Assembly (NCBI GenBank): GCA_002254605.1
Contig: NKPV01000003.1
Coordinates: forward strand, 1 to 54,680
Length of the DNA: 54,680 nt
Source: Armatimonadetes bacterium JP3_11
GTDB lineage: Bacteria > Armatimonadota > Fimbriimonadia > Fimbriimonadales > GBS-DC
Reading direction: 5' to 3'
Shown here in pieces: positions 30,634 through 38,707 of this stretch. The notes under the pieces are model-generated. The model had not been told where the DNA came from. It worked only from the letters and a program-made list of their open reading frames with translations, and made no database searches. The translations under genes were made by a program, and so were the position numbers. The first letter of the stretch is position 1, and each line of letters starts with the position of its first letter.

Positions 30634-31551
30634 ATGAAAATCGTGATTGCTGGCGGCACAGGTTTTATTGGCAAAGCGATGGTGCGGGCATGGGCTCCGG
30701 AACATCATCTGGTGATACTCACGCGCGCTCCTGAACGCGCCCAGCCCCAGTTGCCTGCAGGCGTGCGTGCCCTTGGCTGGGACGGCGAAACATTGGGCGA
30801 CTGGGTACAACAGTTGGAAGGCGCAGGCGCGCTGATTAACTTGGCAGGCGAGTCCATCGCCCAGCGCTGGACGCCCGCGGTGAAACAGCGGCTTTGGGAT
30901 AGTCGGGTGAAGACCACCGCGCTGTTGACGCAGGCGGTTCAGCAGTTGCAATCGCCTCCGCGCGTGATGTTGCAGGCGTCGGCAATTGGCATTTACGACC
31001 AAAATCCCAGAACGACCTGCGACGAGTCGTGCCCACCGGGTTCAGGATTTTTAGCCGAGTTAGGTAAGGCGTGGGAATCCGCCGCGCAGCCTGTGCAAGA
31101 GCGGGGCGTGCGATTGTGCCTAATGCGTTTCGGTGTCGTGTTGGGCGAGGGCGGCGGCGCGTTGGAACGCATGCTGACCCCCTTCAAACTCGGCATGGGC
31201 GGTCCGCTGGGATCAGGTCAACAGTGGCTCTCATGGGTTCACATTGAGGATGTGGTGGGCGCAGCAGCATTCCTGATGGAACGCGACGACCTGTCCGGCG
31301 CGTTCAACTTCACCGCCCCGAACCCCGTCACGATGAATGAATTCGCCAAGACGCTGGGCAAGGTGCTGTTGCGCCCCTCGTTCGTGCGTGCGCCTGCGTT
31401 CGCACTGCGCTTGGTGCTGGGCGAAGGCGCTGATGCGCTACTGCAGGGGTCGCGCGTGTTGCCCAAGCGACTGCTCGAGGCAGGCTACGAATTCCTGTAC
31501 CCCCATCTGGAGGATGCACTGCGCCGTCTGCTTGCATCTAACCACGCCTAA
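30634..31551 (+). CDS. TIGR01777 family NAD-dependent epimerase/oxidoreductase
   Basis: MKIVIAGGTGFIG, INLAGESI, ASAIGIY, GGPLGSGQQWLSWVHIED, FNFTAPNPV. ATG 30634. Confidence 0.9.
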   Translation: MKIVIAGGTGFIGKAMVRAWAPEHHLVILTRAPERAQPQLPAGVRALGWDGETLGDWVQQLEGAGALINLAGESIAQRWTPAVKQRLWDSRVKTTALLTQAVQQLQSPPRVMLQASAIGIYDQNPRTTCDESCPPGSGFLAELGKAWESAAQPVQERGVRLCLMRFGVVLGEGGGALERMLTPFKLGMGGPLGSGQQWLSWVHIEDVVGAAAFLMERDDLSGAFNFTAPNPVTMNEFAKTLGKVLLRPSFVRAPAFALRLVLGEGADALLQGSRVLPKRLLEAGYEFLYPHLEDALRRLLASNHA

Positions 31552-31579
31552 GCAGGTATAATCATCCCGATCAACGAGG

Positions 31580-32413
31580 ATGACACTCGGCAAACAATAC
31601 ACGCTCACCGACGAGCAGGTGGCTTTCTATCAGGAGCAGGGCTATTTGCACCTTCCTGGCGTCCTCACACGCGAGGAAGCAAACTCCTTGCGCGAGGAAG
31701 CCCATGCCCTGATTCATCGGCTTGCCAAGACGCGCGGTGGCGAGAGTGCGGTGCAAGCCCAGTGGGGGAGCGCGAAACTCGTCTCGGAGCTACCCACCAC
31801 GCTCTTGCACTGTCATAATGTGCAGTTCCACAGTGCCGCGTTCACGCGCCTCATCTGCGACCCGCGTCTCACCGACCGCATTGCAGACTTAATCGGACCC
31901 AATATTCAGTTGCACCATACGAAGCTTTTCATTAAGCCCCCCGAACGCGGCGCGCCGTTCCCGATGCACCAAGACTACCCCTACTTCCCCCACGAGAAAC
32001 ACACGATGCTCGCTGCGATTTTCTTCTTCGATGATGCGCCCCCTGAAAAAGGCTGTCTTTTAGTGATGCCTGGCAGCCACAAGCTCGGTCCAATTCCCCA
32101 TGACCCTGAAGGGGGTTGGCACTTGCCGATTGCGCAGTACCCTCTGGAAAGCGCAACGCCGGTTCCTGCTCAGGCAGGCGATGTCGTGGTGTTCAACTAC
32201 CTCACGATTCACGGCTCTGGGGTCAATACGAGTTCGGAAGCACGTACGACGCTGCTGGTGCAGATGCGCGACCCGACTGACCACCCCACCGTCGCCACGC
32301 ACCTCTCGCGCGGGCAAGGCATGATGTTGCGCGGGATAGACCCTGAAGCCGACGCCGACCCTTCCACCGACTCGGCGTCGCGGTTTCTGCGTCGTTTAAA
32401 TAACCCGGCTTGA
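31580..32413 (+). CDS. Phytanoyl-CoA dioxygenase (PhyH) family Fe/2OG dioxygenase
   Basis: QEQGYL, KLFIKPP, HQD (HxD), GCLLVMPGSH, distal HGS and conserved R. Confidence 0.88.
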   Translation: MTLGKQYTLTDEQVAFYQEQGYLHLPGVLTREEANSLREEAHALIHRLAKTRGGESAVQAQWGSAKLVSELPTTLLHCHNVQFHSAAFTRLICDPRLTDRIADLIGPNIQLHHTKLFIKPPERGAPFPMHQDYPYFPHEKHTMLAAIFFFDDAPPEKGCLLVMPGSHKLGPIPHDPEGGWHLPIAQYPLESATPVPAQAGDVVVFNYLTIHGSGVNTSSEARTTLLVQMRDPTDHPTVATHLSRGQGMMLRGIDPEADADPSTDSASRFLRRLNNPA

Positions 32414-32547
32414 TAGACACGGGAACCTGCCCCGAACTTTTCAGGTATACTTGCATGCGCGAGGAATCGCCCCTGACGGGGCGAACGGCTCTTGCCGATA
32501 ATCGTCTATACTAAGTTGGGTATCCTAAGCGCTACTACAGGAGGCGT

Positions 32548-34488
32548 ATGTTGAGTAAGAATGCACGCACTTTTTTGACCGTCGTGGGGTTTGTGTTGGT
32601 GCTGCTGCTCCTGATGCAATACCTGCGTCATTTGCAGCCGATGGGCGCACGGGAGTTGACCTACACCGACCTCGTGAATGCGGTGCAGCAGCGCACAATC
32701 GCCGAAGCGACCGTACAAGGGAATCGGCTCGTGGGGACGCTGAAGGACGGTGCCGCGTTCCATGCAGCCCTGCCCCCGGAAGGCTCCGCACGCGACACGC
32801 TCTATAAACAGATGACCGAAGCGGGAATCCGCCTTAAGTTCACTGAAGACAGCCGCGTGCCCGACTACCTGAGCCAGATGCTGGGCACATTTTTGGTGAT
32901 CTTACTAATTGGAGGGCTGTTCTGGTTCCTCCTGATGCGGTCGGCGCAGGCGGGGAACAATCAGGCGTTCTCGTTCGGCAAAGCGCGCGCCCGCCGCTAC
33001 AACGAGAGCATTCCGCGCGTGACCTTCGACGATGTCGCCGGCGTAGAGGAAGCAAAACAGGAACTGGCGGAAATCGTAGACTATCTCAAGAACACGCAGA
33101 AATATCAGAAACTCGGGGCAAAAATCCCCAAGGGTGTCCTGTTGCTGGGACCGCCGGGCTGTGGCAAGACGCTGCTGGCGCGCGCCGTCGCAGGGGAAGC
33201 CGGCGTGCCGTTCTTCCATATCAGCGGCTCCGATTTCGTGGAGATGTTTGTCGGCGTCGGCGCTGCACGCGTGCGCGACCTGTTTGAGACCGCCAAAGCG
33301 AACCGTCCCGCCCTGATTTTCATCGATGAAATCGACGCCGTCGGACGCCAGCGCGGCACCGGGCTTGGCGGCGGACACGATGAACGCGAACAGACCCTCA
33401 ACCAACTCCTTGTCGAAATGGACGGCTTTGACCCCAATCTGGGGATCATCGTTATCGCCGCCACGAACCGCGCCGACATTTTAGACCCTGCGCTGCTGCG
33501 TCCCGGACGCTTCGACCGCCATATTGTCGTCGACCCACCCGATGTGGAGGGGCGCAAAAAGATTCTGGAAGTCCATACCAAAGGTAAGCCGCTTGCGCCC
33601 GATGTCGACCTGGAGGTGCTTGCCAAGCGCACCCCCGGATTCACCGGGGCGGATTTGGCAAACCTCGTGAACGAAGCGGCGCTCATCGCTGCGCGACGCA
33701 ATAAGACACGCATCAGCATGGAAGAGTTCGAGGAAGCCGTCGACCGCGTCATCGCGGGTCCTCAGCGACGCAATCGCGTGGTGGACAAGCGCGAGCGCGA
33801 GGTGGTCGCCTATCACGAGGTGGGACACGCGATTGTGGGCGAGCTTCTGCCAGAAGCTGAACCCGTGCATAAAATCTCGATCCTGCCGCGGGGGATGGCG
33901 CTCGGCTACACCATCCAGATGCCCGAACGCGACCGGTATCTCTATTCACGCCAAGCGCTGCTGGATCGTATTACCACGATGCTCGGTGGGCGCGTGGCGG
34001 AAGAAATTGTCTTCGGTGAGGTGGGCACAGGGGCGCACGATGACCTCAAACGCGCTACGGAAATCGCCCGCGCTATGGTCACCGAATACGGCATGAGCGA
34101 GAAACTCGGACCGCTCACCTTCGGCAGGCGGCACGGCAACCCCTTCCTGGGACGCGACATTATGGAAGACCGCAACTACAGCGAGCAGGTCGCCTACGAG
34201 ATTGACCAAGAGGTGCGCCGCATCATCGAGGAGTGCTATCAACGGGCGAAGGAAATCCTGACACGCCATCGCGACAAGATGGATCGCATTGTGCAGGCGT
34301 TGATGGAACGCGAGAACCTCTCGCGTGAAGAGTTTCTGGCGCTGATGCGAGATGAAGAGGGCGAAGACCCTGTGCGCACACTCGAGCCTGCCCCAACCGA
34401 GCCCCCCACGGTAGCTCCTGAAACCAGCAACGAAGAGAACACGGCGCCCACCAAACGCCTGCGCCCACGCGCCGCGCCCAGCAGCTAA
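32548..34488 (+). CDS. ftsH: ATP-dependent zinc metalloprotease FtsH
   Basis: Two TM segments, Walker [37 protein letters not shown]; GGAGG RBS. Confidence 0.96.
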   Translation: MLSKNARTFLTVVGFVLVLLLLMQYLRHLQPMGARELTYTDLVNAVQQRTIAEATVQGNRLVGTLKDGAAFHAALPPEGSARDTLYKQMTEAGIRLKFTEDSRVPDYLSQMLGTFLVILLIGGLFWFLLMRSAQAGNNQAFSFGKARARRYNESIPRVTFDDVAGVEEAKQELAEIVDYLKNTQKYQKLGAKIPKGVLLLGPPGCGKTLLARAVAGEAGVPFFHISGSDFVEMFVGVGAARVRDLFETAKANRPALIFIDEIDAVGRQRGTGLGGGHDEREQTLNQLLVEMDGFDPNLGIIVIAATNRADILDPALLRPGRFDRHIVVDPPDVEGRKKILEVHTKGKPLAPDVDLEVLAKRTPGFTGADLANLVNEAALIAARRNKTRISMEEFEEAVDRVIAGPQRRNRVVDKREREVVAYHEVGHAIVGELLPEAEPVHKISILPRGMALGYTIQMPERDRYLYSRQALLDRITTMLGGRVAEEIVFGEVGTGAHDDLKRATEIARAMVTEYGMSEKLGPLTFGRRHGNPFLGRDIMEDRNYSEQVAYEIDQEVRRIIEECYQRAKEILTRHRDKMDRIVQALMERENLSREEFLALMRDEEGEDPVRTLEPAPTEPPTVAPETSNEENTAPTKRLRPRAAPSS

Positions 34489-34489
34489 C

Positions 34490-34558
34490 ATGCGCCCCAG
34501 GGGGAGGGACACCTGGGGCGCATCGGAGAGGGAGGGACAAGATGCTATGACCGCACAC
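34490..34558 (-). ncRNA. Candidate sigma54-dependent small RNA with two UGUCCCUCCC motifs
   Basis: Lies downstream of the sigma54 element at 34569-34584; 12-bp stem atgcgccccagg/cctggggcgcat with a 10-nt loop; the loop sequence is repeated at 34530-34539; no credible ORF. Boundaries inferred. Confidence 0.45.
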
Positions 34559-34568
34559 TATGGGGTGT

Positions 34569-34584
34569 AGCAACTTTCGTGCCA
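34569..34584 (-). promoter_or_regulatory. Sigma54 (-24/-12) promoter
   Basis: TGGCACGAAAGTTGCT matches the TGGCACG-N4-TTGCW consensus exactly. Confidence 0.75.
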
Positions 34585-34622
34585 TTCAATCCACTCCATG
34601 CTATAATTGAGTGGAGGTTAAT

Positions 34623-35408
34623 ATGCCGTTAGAGTTTCGTAGCCGTGAGGACGAGGGGTTCTCGATCCGCCGATTCCTGAAAACTTTCGGTGCGGGCGTC
34701 GCTGTGTTTCTGATCTTCATGGCGATAGGCTACTACCTGATTGGTCCGCGCATCACGGTCTCGGAAGAGGGGCAACTTCGGCTACGCTTCGCCGCACACT
34801 CCAGAGGCGATTCCGTAGCACCACCCGATGCTAACGCTGCAAAGCCGATGCCCAAAGTCGAAGTTTACGAAAAGCTCGCACCCGATGTCACGGCAGGGAC
34901 AAGCGCAATCATCGGCTCGCGTGAGGTCGCACCGTTCGATTACGAACAGTATCAACAGAAACGACGCGAGCGAAAACCGAAGCCGCCCGCGACAATCCCA
35001 CCGCAAGCAGATGCGACGCCAACCGCAACGGACGACGACTATTTTGTACCTGATACCCCACCCGACGAGCCAGTTTCTCCACCGATGGAGCCTGCCCCCA
35101 CCCCAACCGAGCCCCCCACGACCGAGCCTACACCACAGCCACCAACGCAGACAGAAACAACAACACCTCAGCAAAACGCGCTCTATCGGGTACAGGTGGG
35201 AGTCTACGAGAACCGCGAAAATGCCAATCTGACAGCCCAAGAGTTGCGCAGCCGCGGCTTTGAAGCGAGCATCGTGCCCTTTCAACGCGACGGCAAAACG
35301 CTCTATCGCGTGCAGGTACTCGTGACACGCGATAGAGCGAAAGCCGACATGCTCAAGTCGCAGTTAGAAAGCAAAGGCTTCCCCGCAACGATTTTAAACG
35401 CGCAATAG
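34623..35408 (+). CDS. SPOR-domain protein (single TM, Pro/Thr-rich linker, C-terminal SPOR)
   Basis: TM segment near the N-terminus; LYRVQVGVYENRENA and LYRVQV repeats. ATG 34623 after GGAGG, with TATAAT at 34602-34607. Confidence 0.88.
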   Translation: MPLEFRSREDEGFSIRRFLKTFGAGVAVFLIFMAIGYYLIGPRITVSEEGQLRLRFAAHSRGDSVAPPDANAAKPMPKVEVYEKLAPDVTAGTSAIIGSREVAPFDYEQYQQKRRERKPKPPATIPPQADATPTATDDDYFVPDTPPDEPVSPPMEPAPTPTEPPTTEPTPQPPTQTETTTPQQNALYRVQVGVYENRENANLTAQELRSRGFEASIVPFQRDGKTLYRVQVLVTRDRAKADMLKSQLESKGFPATILNAQ

Positions 35409-35410
35409 CG

Positions 35411-36316
35411 CTATTTCTCTGCGCAATGTTCGCGCGCAAGCGCACGCAGCTTCGCGAGCGCTTGCTTTTCTAATTGACGCGTGCGCTCACGCGAGAGACG
35501 CTTGACATGACCCGGCGGAATTTCGTTCACATCCAGCCCCAAATGACGATAAATCGCCCATCGCTCGCTCGGGGTGAGATGTTTCTCGATAATATCGAAG
35601 ATTTCCGAAACCCACACGCGCTCCACTGCAACGGCTTCGGGGTCGGCTTCTTCGGGACTGGTTAGCAATCCCCCAAGAGGGGTACTCTGATCATCGCGTG
35701 CTTTATACTCGAGAGAATAGTTCGCACGGGCGTAACGCGATAATCTAATTACCTTGCTAACTGGCATCTCCAAATGCGCAGCAATCTCTTCCTCGGTCGG
35801 CTCCCTACCGAGTGTTGCCCGCAGCTCGTTGCGCGTGCGTTCAATCTTACGCAAGGAGTCGACAGCGTGATTAGGTAGGCGAATCATGTTCATATGAGCG
35901 TCCGCAGCACGTCCTACGCTCTGCCGAATCCAGTGAACCGCGTAGGTGCTGAAACGCAGACCCCGACTCAGATCAAAGTTGCGTATCGCTTTGACCAATC
36001 CGATAGCACCTTCCTGCACGAGGTCTTCCAGCGGTAATCCGGGGCGAACATATCGACGCGCGACGCTAATCACGAGGCGCAGGTTCGACTCGATGAGGCG
36101 GTTCTGGGCGTCTTCATCGCCTGCCTGCGCGCGGTGGAGCAGCTCCAACTCCTCCTCAGGCTGTAAAAGCGGGCGGCGCAATAACTCGCCCCAAATCGAG
36201 TCCAGAGCAGTACCACGCAAGCTCTGCTCGGCTTCAGGCTCCAATTCAGGCGCCTCGTTGCCCCAGCACTCCATTTCAGCTGCTTCCATATAATCTGGAA
36301 CGGAATACATTCTCAC
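35411..36316 (-). CDS. Alternative sigma70-family sigma factor (RpoD/RpoS-like, no region 1.1)
   Basis: LLQPEEE, NLRLVISVARRY, DLVQEGAIGL, FSTYAVHWIRQ, IRLP, LGREPTEEEIA, SRERTRQLE. Confidence 0.9.
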   Translation of the reverse strand: MRMYSVPDYMEAAEMECWGNEAPELEPEAEQSLRGTALDSIWGELLRRPLLQPEEELELLHRAQAGDEDAQNRLIESNLRLVISVARRYVRPGLPLEDLVQEGAIGLVKAIRNFDLSRGLRFSTYAVHWIRQSVGRAADAHMNMIRLPNHAVDSLRKIERTRNELRATLGREPTEEEIAAHLEMPVSKVIRLSRYARANYSLEYKARDDQSTPLGGLLTSPEEADPEAVAVERVWVSEIFDIIEKHLTPSERWAIYRHLGLDVNEIPPGHVKRLSRERTRQLEKQALAKLRALAREHCAEK

Positions 36317-36350
36317 GAATACCCCCGCTGCGTGTTGCTATCATCAATAC

Positions 36351-36366
36351 AGCAACTTTCGTGCCA
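36351..36366 (-). promoter_or_regulatory. Sigma54 (-24/-12) promoter of the sigma factor gene
   Basis: TGGCACGAAAGTTGCT, about 35 nt upstream of the GTG; identical to 34569-34584. Confidence 0.8.
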
Positions 36367-36427
36367 AATGATTCGTTGGAGATTCGCGAGGCGGTTTCGG
36401 TGGGGGGAAATGGCTCCAGTGTGGCGC

Positions 36428-36504
36428 TGGTCGGGGCGGGCAGATTCGAACTGCCGACCTCTCCCACCCGAAAGGAGCGCTCTACCATGCTGAGCTACGC
36501 CCCG
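36428..36504 (-). tRNA. tRNA-Pro (anticodon CGG)
   Basis: CGGGGCG acceptor stem, GCTC/GAGC D-arm, CTCCT-TTCGGGT-GGGAG anticodon arm, GGCAG-TTCGAAT-CTGCC T-arm, encoded CCA. Confidence 0.96.
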
Positions 36505-36515
36505 ACCTGATTTGA

Positions 36516-36545
36516 ATTGTACCCCATCGCGCGCTCAGGCGTCAA
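36516..36545 (-). promoter_or_regulatory. Sigma70-type promoter of tRNA-Pro
   Basis: TTGACG-18 nt-TACAAT immediately upstream of the tRNA. Confidence 0.7.
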
Positions 36546-36653
36546 GGGGGGCGGAAGGCGTTCAAAAACTCGCCTTATGGCGCGAGAGCAGCCCCCTCTC
36601 CCACGAGGTTCTGTGCCCACGCAGTCCTTCCTGCAACGGGTATAACTGCCCCG

Positions 36654-37094
36654 ATGGCTTTTTTGCGGTATCAGATGCGTATGATGGCTCAGCTCCTTTT
36701 CTGGGCGGGGGTGAGTCTGGGCGTGGGCGTGCCGATGCTGTTCTCGTCAGGGGAATGGGTTCGCGCCTTTGGGGGCATGACAGTCGCTTGGGCACTCGTG
36801 AATGCTCTTATCGCGATAGCTTCCCTGTTCAGTGTGCGACGCAAGGCACGCCAAAATGCGCGCGTTGAGACGATTGCGGGCTGGATGCGCCATCTGCTGC
36901 GCCTACTCTGGATCAATGCGGGGCTGGATGTCGTGTATGTGTTGGTGGGTGTAGGGCTAATCCGCTGGGAGCCTACGAATCCGATGGTGAACGGTTTCGG
37001 ATGGGCAGTCATTTTGCAGGGTGCGTTCCTGTTGTTGTTTGACACTTGGCACGCCGTGCGCCTTCCACGCACGGTACACCTCCCACAGGAGTAA
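36654..37094 (+). CDS. Hypothetical 4-TM membrane protein (resembles DUF6992)
   Basis: Four hydrophobic segments; WINAGLDVVY and LQGAFLLLFD motifs. Family name recalled, not searched. Confidence 0.65.
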   Translation: MAFLRYQMRMMAQLLFWAGVSLGVGVPMLFSSGEWVRAFGGMTVAWALVNALIAIASLFSVRRKARQNARVETIAGWMRHLLRLLWINAGLDVVYVLVGVGLIRWEPTNPMVNGFGWAVILQGAFLLLFDTWHAVRLPRTVHLPQE

Positions 37095-37171
37095 GAGAAG
37101 CGCTTCCCCTTACCCACCGACAGGGATCCCGCCCCGTGTGGCGAAATGCTAATGTGAGGAGGTCAACAACG

Positions 37172-38707
37172 ATGCTGCTACACCAGATTATCGAGCGTGG
37201 GGCAAGCCAACATCCCGATAAGCCTGCGCTCATTTTTCGAGACCAATCGATTTCCTATGCCCAGTTATGGGGCGCAGTGAACGCGTTTGCGCGGGGACTG
37301 CGCGATGAGTTGGGTATCCAGGCGGGCGACCGCGTGGGCATCATGCTGCCGAACCTACCGCAGTTTGTGATTGCCTACCATGCGTTGGGGCGGTTGGGCG
37401 CCATCGCCGTGCCGGTGAATCCCCTGCTCAAAGCGGCTGAAATCGCCTACATCTGGAACGATGCGGGCGTCAAAGCGGCAGTTACCTTCCCAATGACGCT
37501 GGAGACCGTGCTGCAGGCGAAACCCGAAGTGTCCAGCCTGCAGACCGTGTTGCTCGTCGGCGCGGAGGGTGAACTGCCCAAAGGGGTACGCCCGTTCGAG
37601 AGCCTCATGAAGCCGCACGGCGACCCGTTGCCACCCGCGCCCGTCAGCGTGAACGACCCCGTCGTGTTCATCTACACTTCGGGCACCACGGGATTCCCCA
37701 AAGGCGTGATGCTCTCCAGCGACAACATTCTGTTCGATATCGAGGCGTGTCAAGCGTTGCTGGAACTTGATCCCGACGAGCGTTTTTTGACCGTGCTGCC
37801 TCTGTTCCACTCGTTCGGGCAGACGGTATGTATGAATTTCTGCCTGTGGCTGGGTGGCACTACGGTGCTCATGGAACGATTCCTGCCCCAGCAGACTCTG
37901 GAGGCATTGGAGAAACACCGCATTACGCTTTTCCCGGGCGTGCCCGCAATGTACGCGGCGATACTGCATGTGCCCGCCGAGCGTGAGTACGACCTCAGTG
38001 CGCTCAAATATTGCGTCTCGGGCGGCGCGCCGATGCCCGAACCCGTACAACGCGCCTTCGAACAGCGGTTCAACTGCGCCATTCTGGAAGGTGATGGACC
38101 GACCGAGTGTTCCCCGGTAACCAGCGTGAACCCACCGCCCCACAAAGGCGTGCGCAAAATCGGCTCCGTCGGCATCCCTCTGCCCGGAGTCGAAATAAAA
38201 ATCTTCGACGAGAACGACAACGAGCTGCCCGTCGGCGAAATCGGCGAGATCGTGGTGCGCGGGCGCAATGTGATGCTCGGCTACTTCAACAACCCCGAAG
38301 CGACCGCTGAAGCGATGCGCAACGGCTGGTATCACACGGGCGATATGGGCAAGTTCGACGAGGACGGCTACTTGTATATCGTCGATCGCAAGAAAGATAT
38401 GATTATCGTGGGCGGGATTAATGTGTACCCCAGCGAAGTGGAGCGCGTGCTGATGGAGCATCCTGCGGTGGCGATGTGCGCGGTGATTGGCAAGCCCGAC
38501 CCCGAACGCGGCGAGATACCGATTGCCGTCATCGTGCCCAAGCCCGACACCCAGCCCGACGCGCGTGAGATCATCCGCTTCGCCCGTGAACGCCTCGCGA
38601 ACTTCAAAGTGCCCCGCGAGGTGATTTTCCGCAGCGAACTACCCATGTCCAACACGGGCAAGGTGCTGAAGCGTCTCCTTAAGAAGGAGTTGGAGCTGGA
38701 GAGTTGA
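37172..38707 (+). CDS. Long-chain fatty acid-CoA ligase (AMP-binding)
   Basis: YTSGTTGFPKG, LPLFHSFG, SGGAP, GWYHTGD, IVDRKKDMII, SNTGKVLK. ATG 37172 after GAGGAGG. Confidence 0.9.
   Translation: MLLHQIIERGASQHPDKPALIFRDQSISYAQLWGAVNAFARGLRDELGIQAGDRVGIMLPNLPQFVIAYHALGRLGAIAVPVNPLLKAAEIAYIWNDAGVKAAVTFPMTLETVLQAKPEVSSLQTVLLVGAEGELPKGVRPFESLMKPHGDPLPPAPVSVNDPVVFIYTSGTTGFPKGVMLSSDNILFDIEACQALLELDPDERFLTVLPLFHSFGQTVCMNFCLWLGGTTVLMERFLPQQTLEALEKHRITLFPGVPAMYAAILHVPAEREYDLSALKYCVSGGAPMPEPVQRAFEQRFNCAILEGDGPTECSPVTSVNPPPHKGVRKIGSVGIPLPGVEIKIFDENDNELPVGEIGEIVVRGRNVMLGYFNNPEATAEAMRNGWYHTGDMGKFDEDGYLYIVDRKKDMIIVGGINVYPSEVERVLMEHPAVAMCAVIGKPDPERGEIPIAVIVPKPDTQPDAREIIRFARERLANFKVPREVIFRSELPMSNTGKVLKRLLKKELELES

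Noticed and set aside
32460-32490. cgcccc-tgac-ggggcg hairpin upstream of ftsH as a riboswitch or CIRCE element
   Set aside because: It matches neither CIRCE (TTAGCACTC-N9-GAGTGCTAA) nor a riboswitch I recognise.
34569-36366. Identical 16-mers as attL/attR of an island next to tRNA-Pro
   Set aside because: The repeat is not part of the tRNA, no integrase is present, and the sigma54 consensus explains it better.
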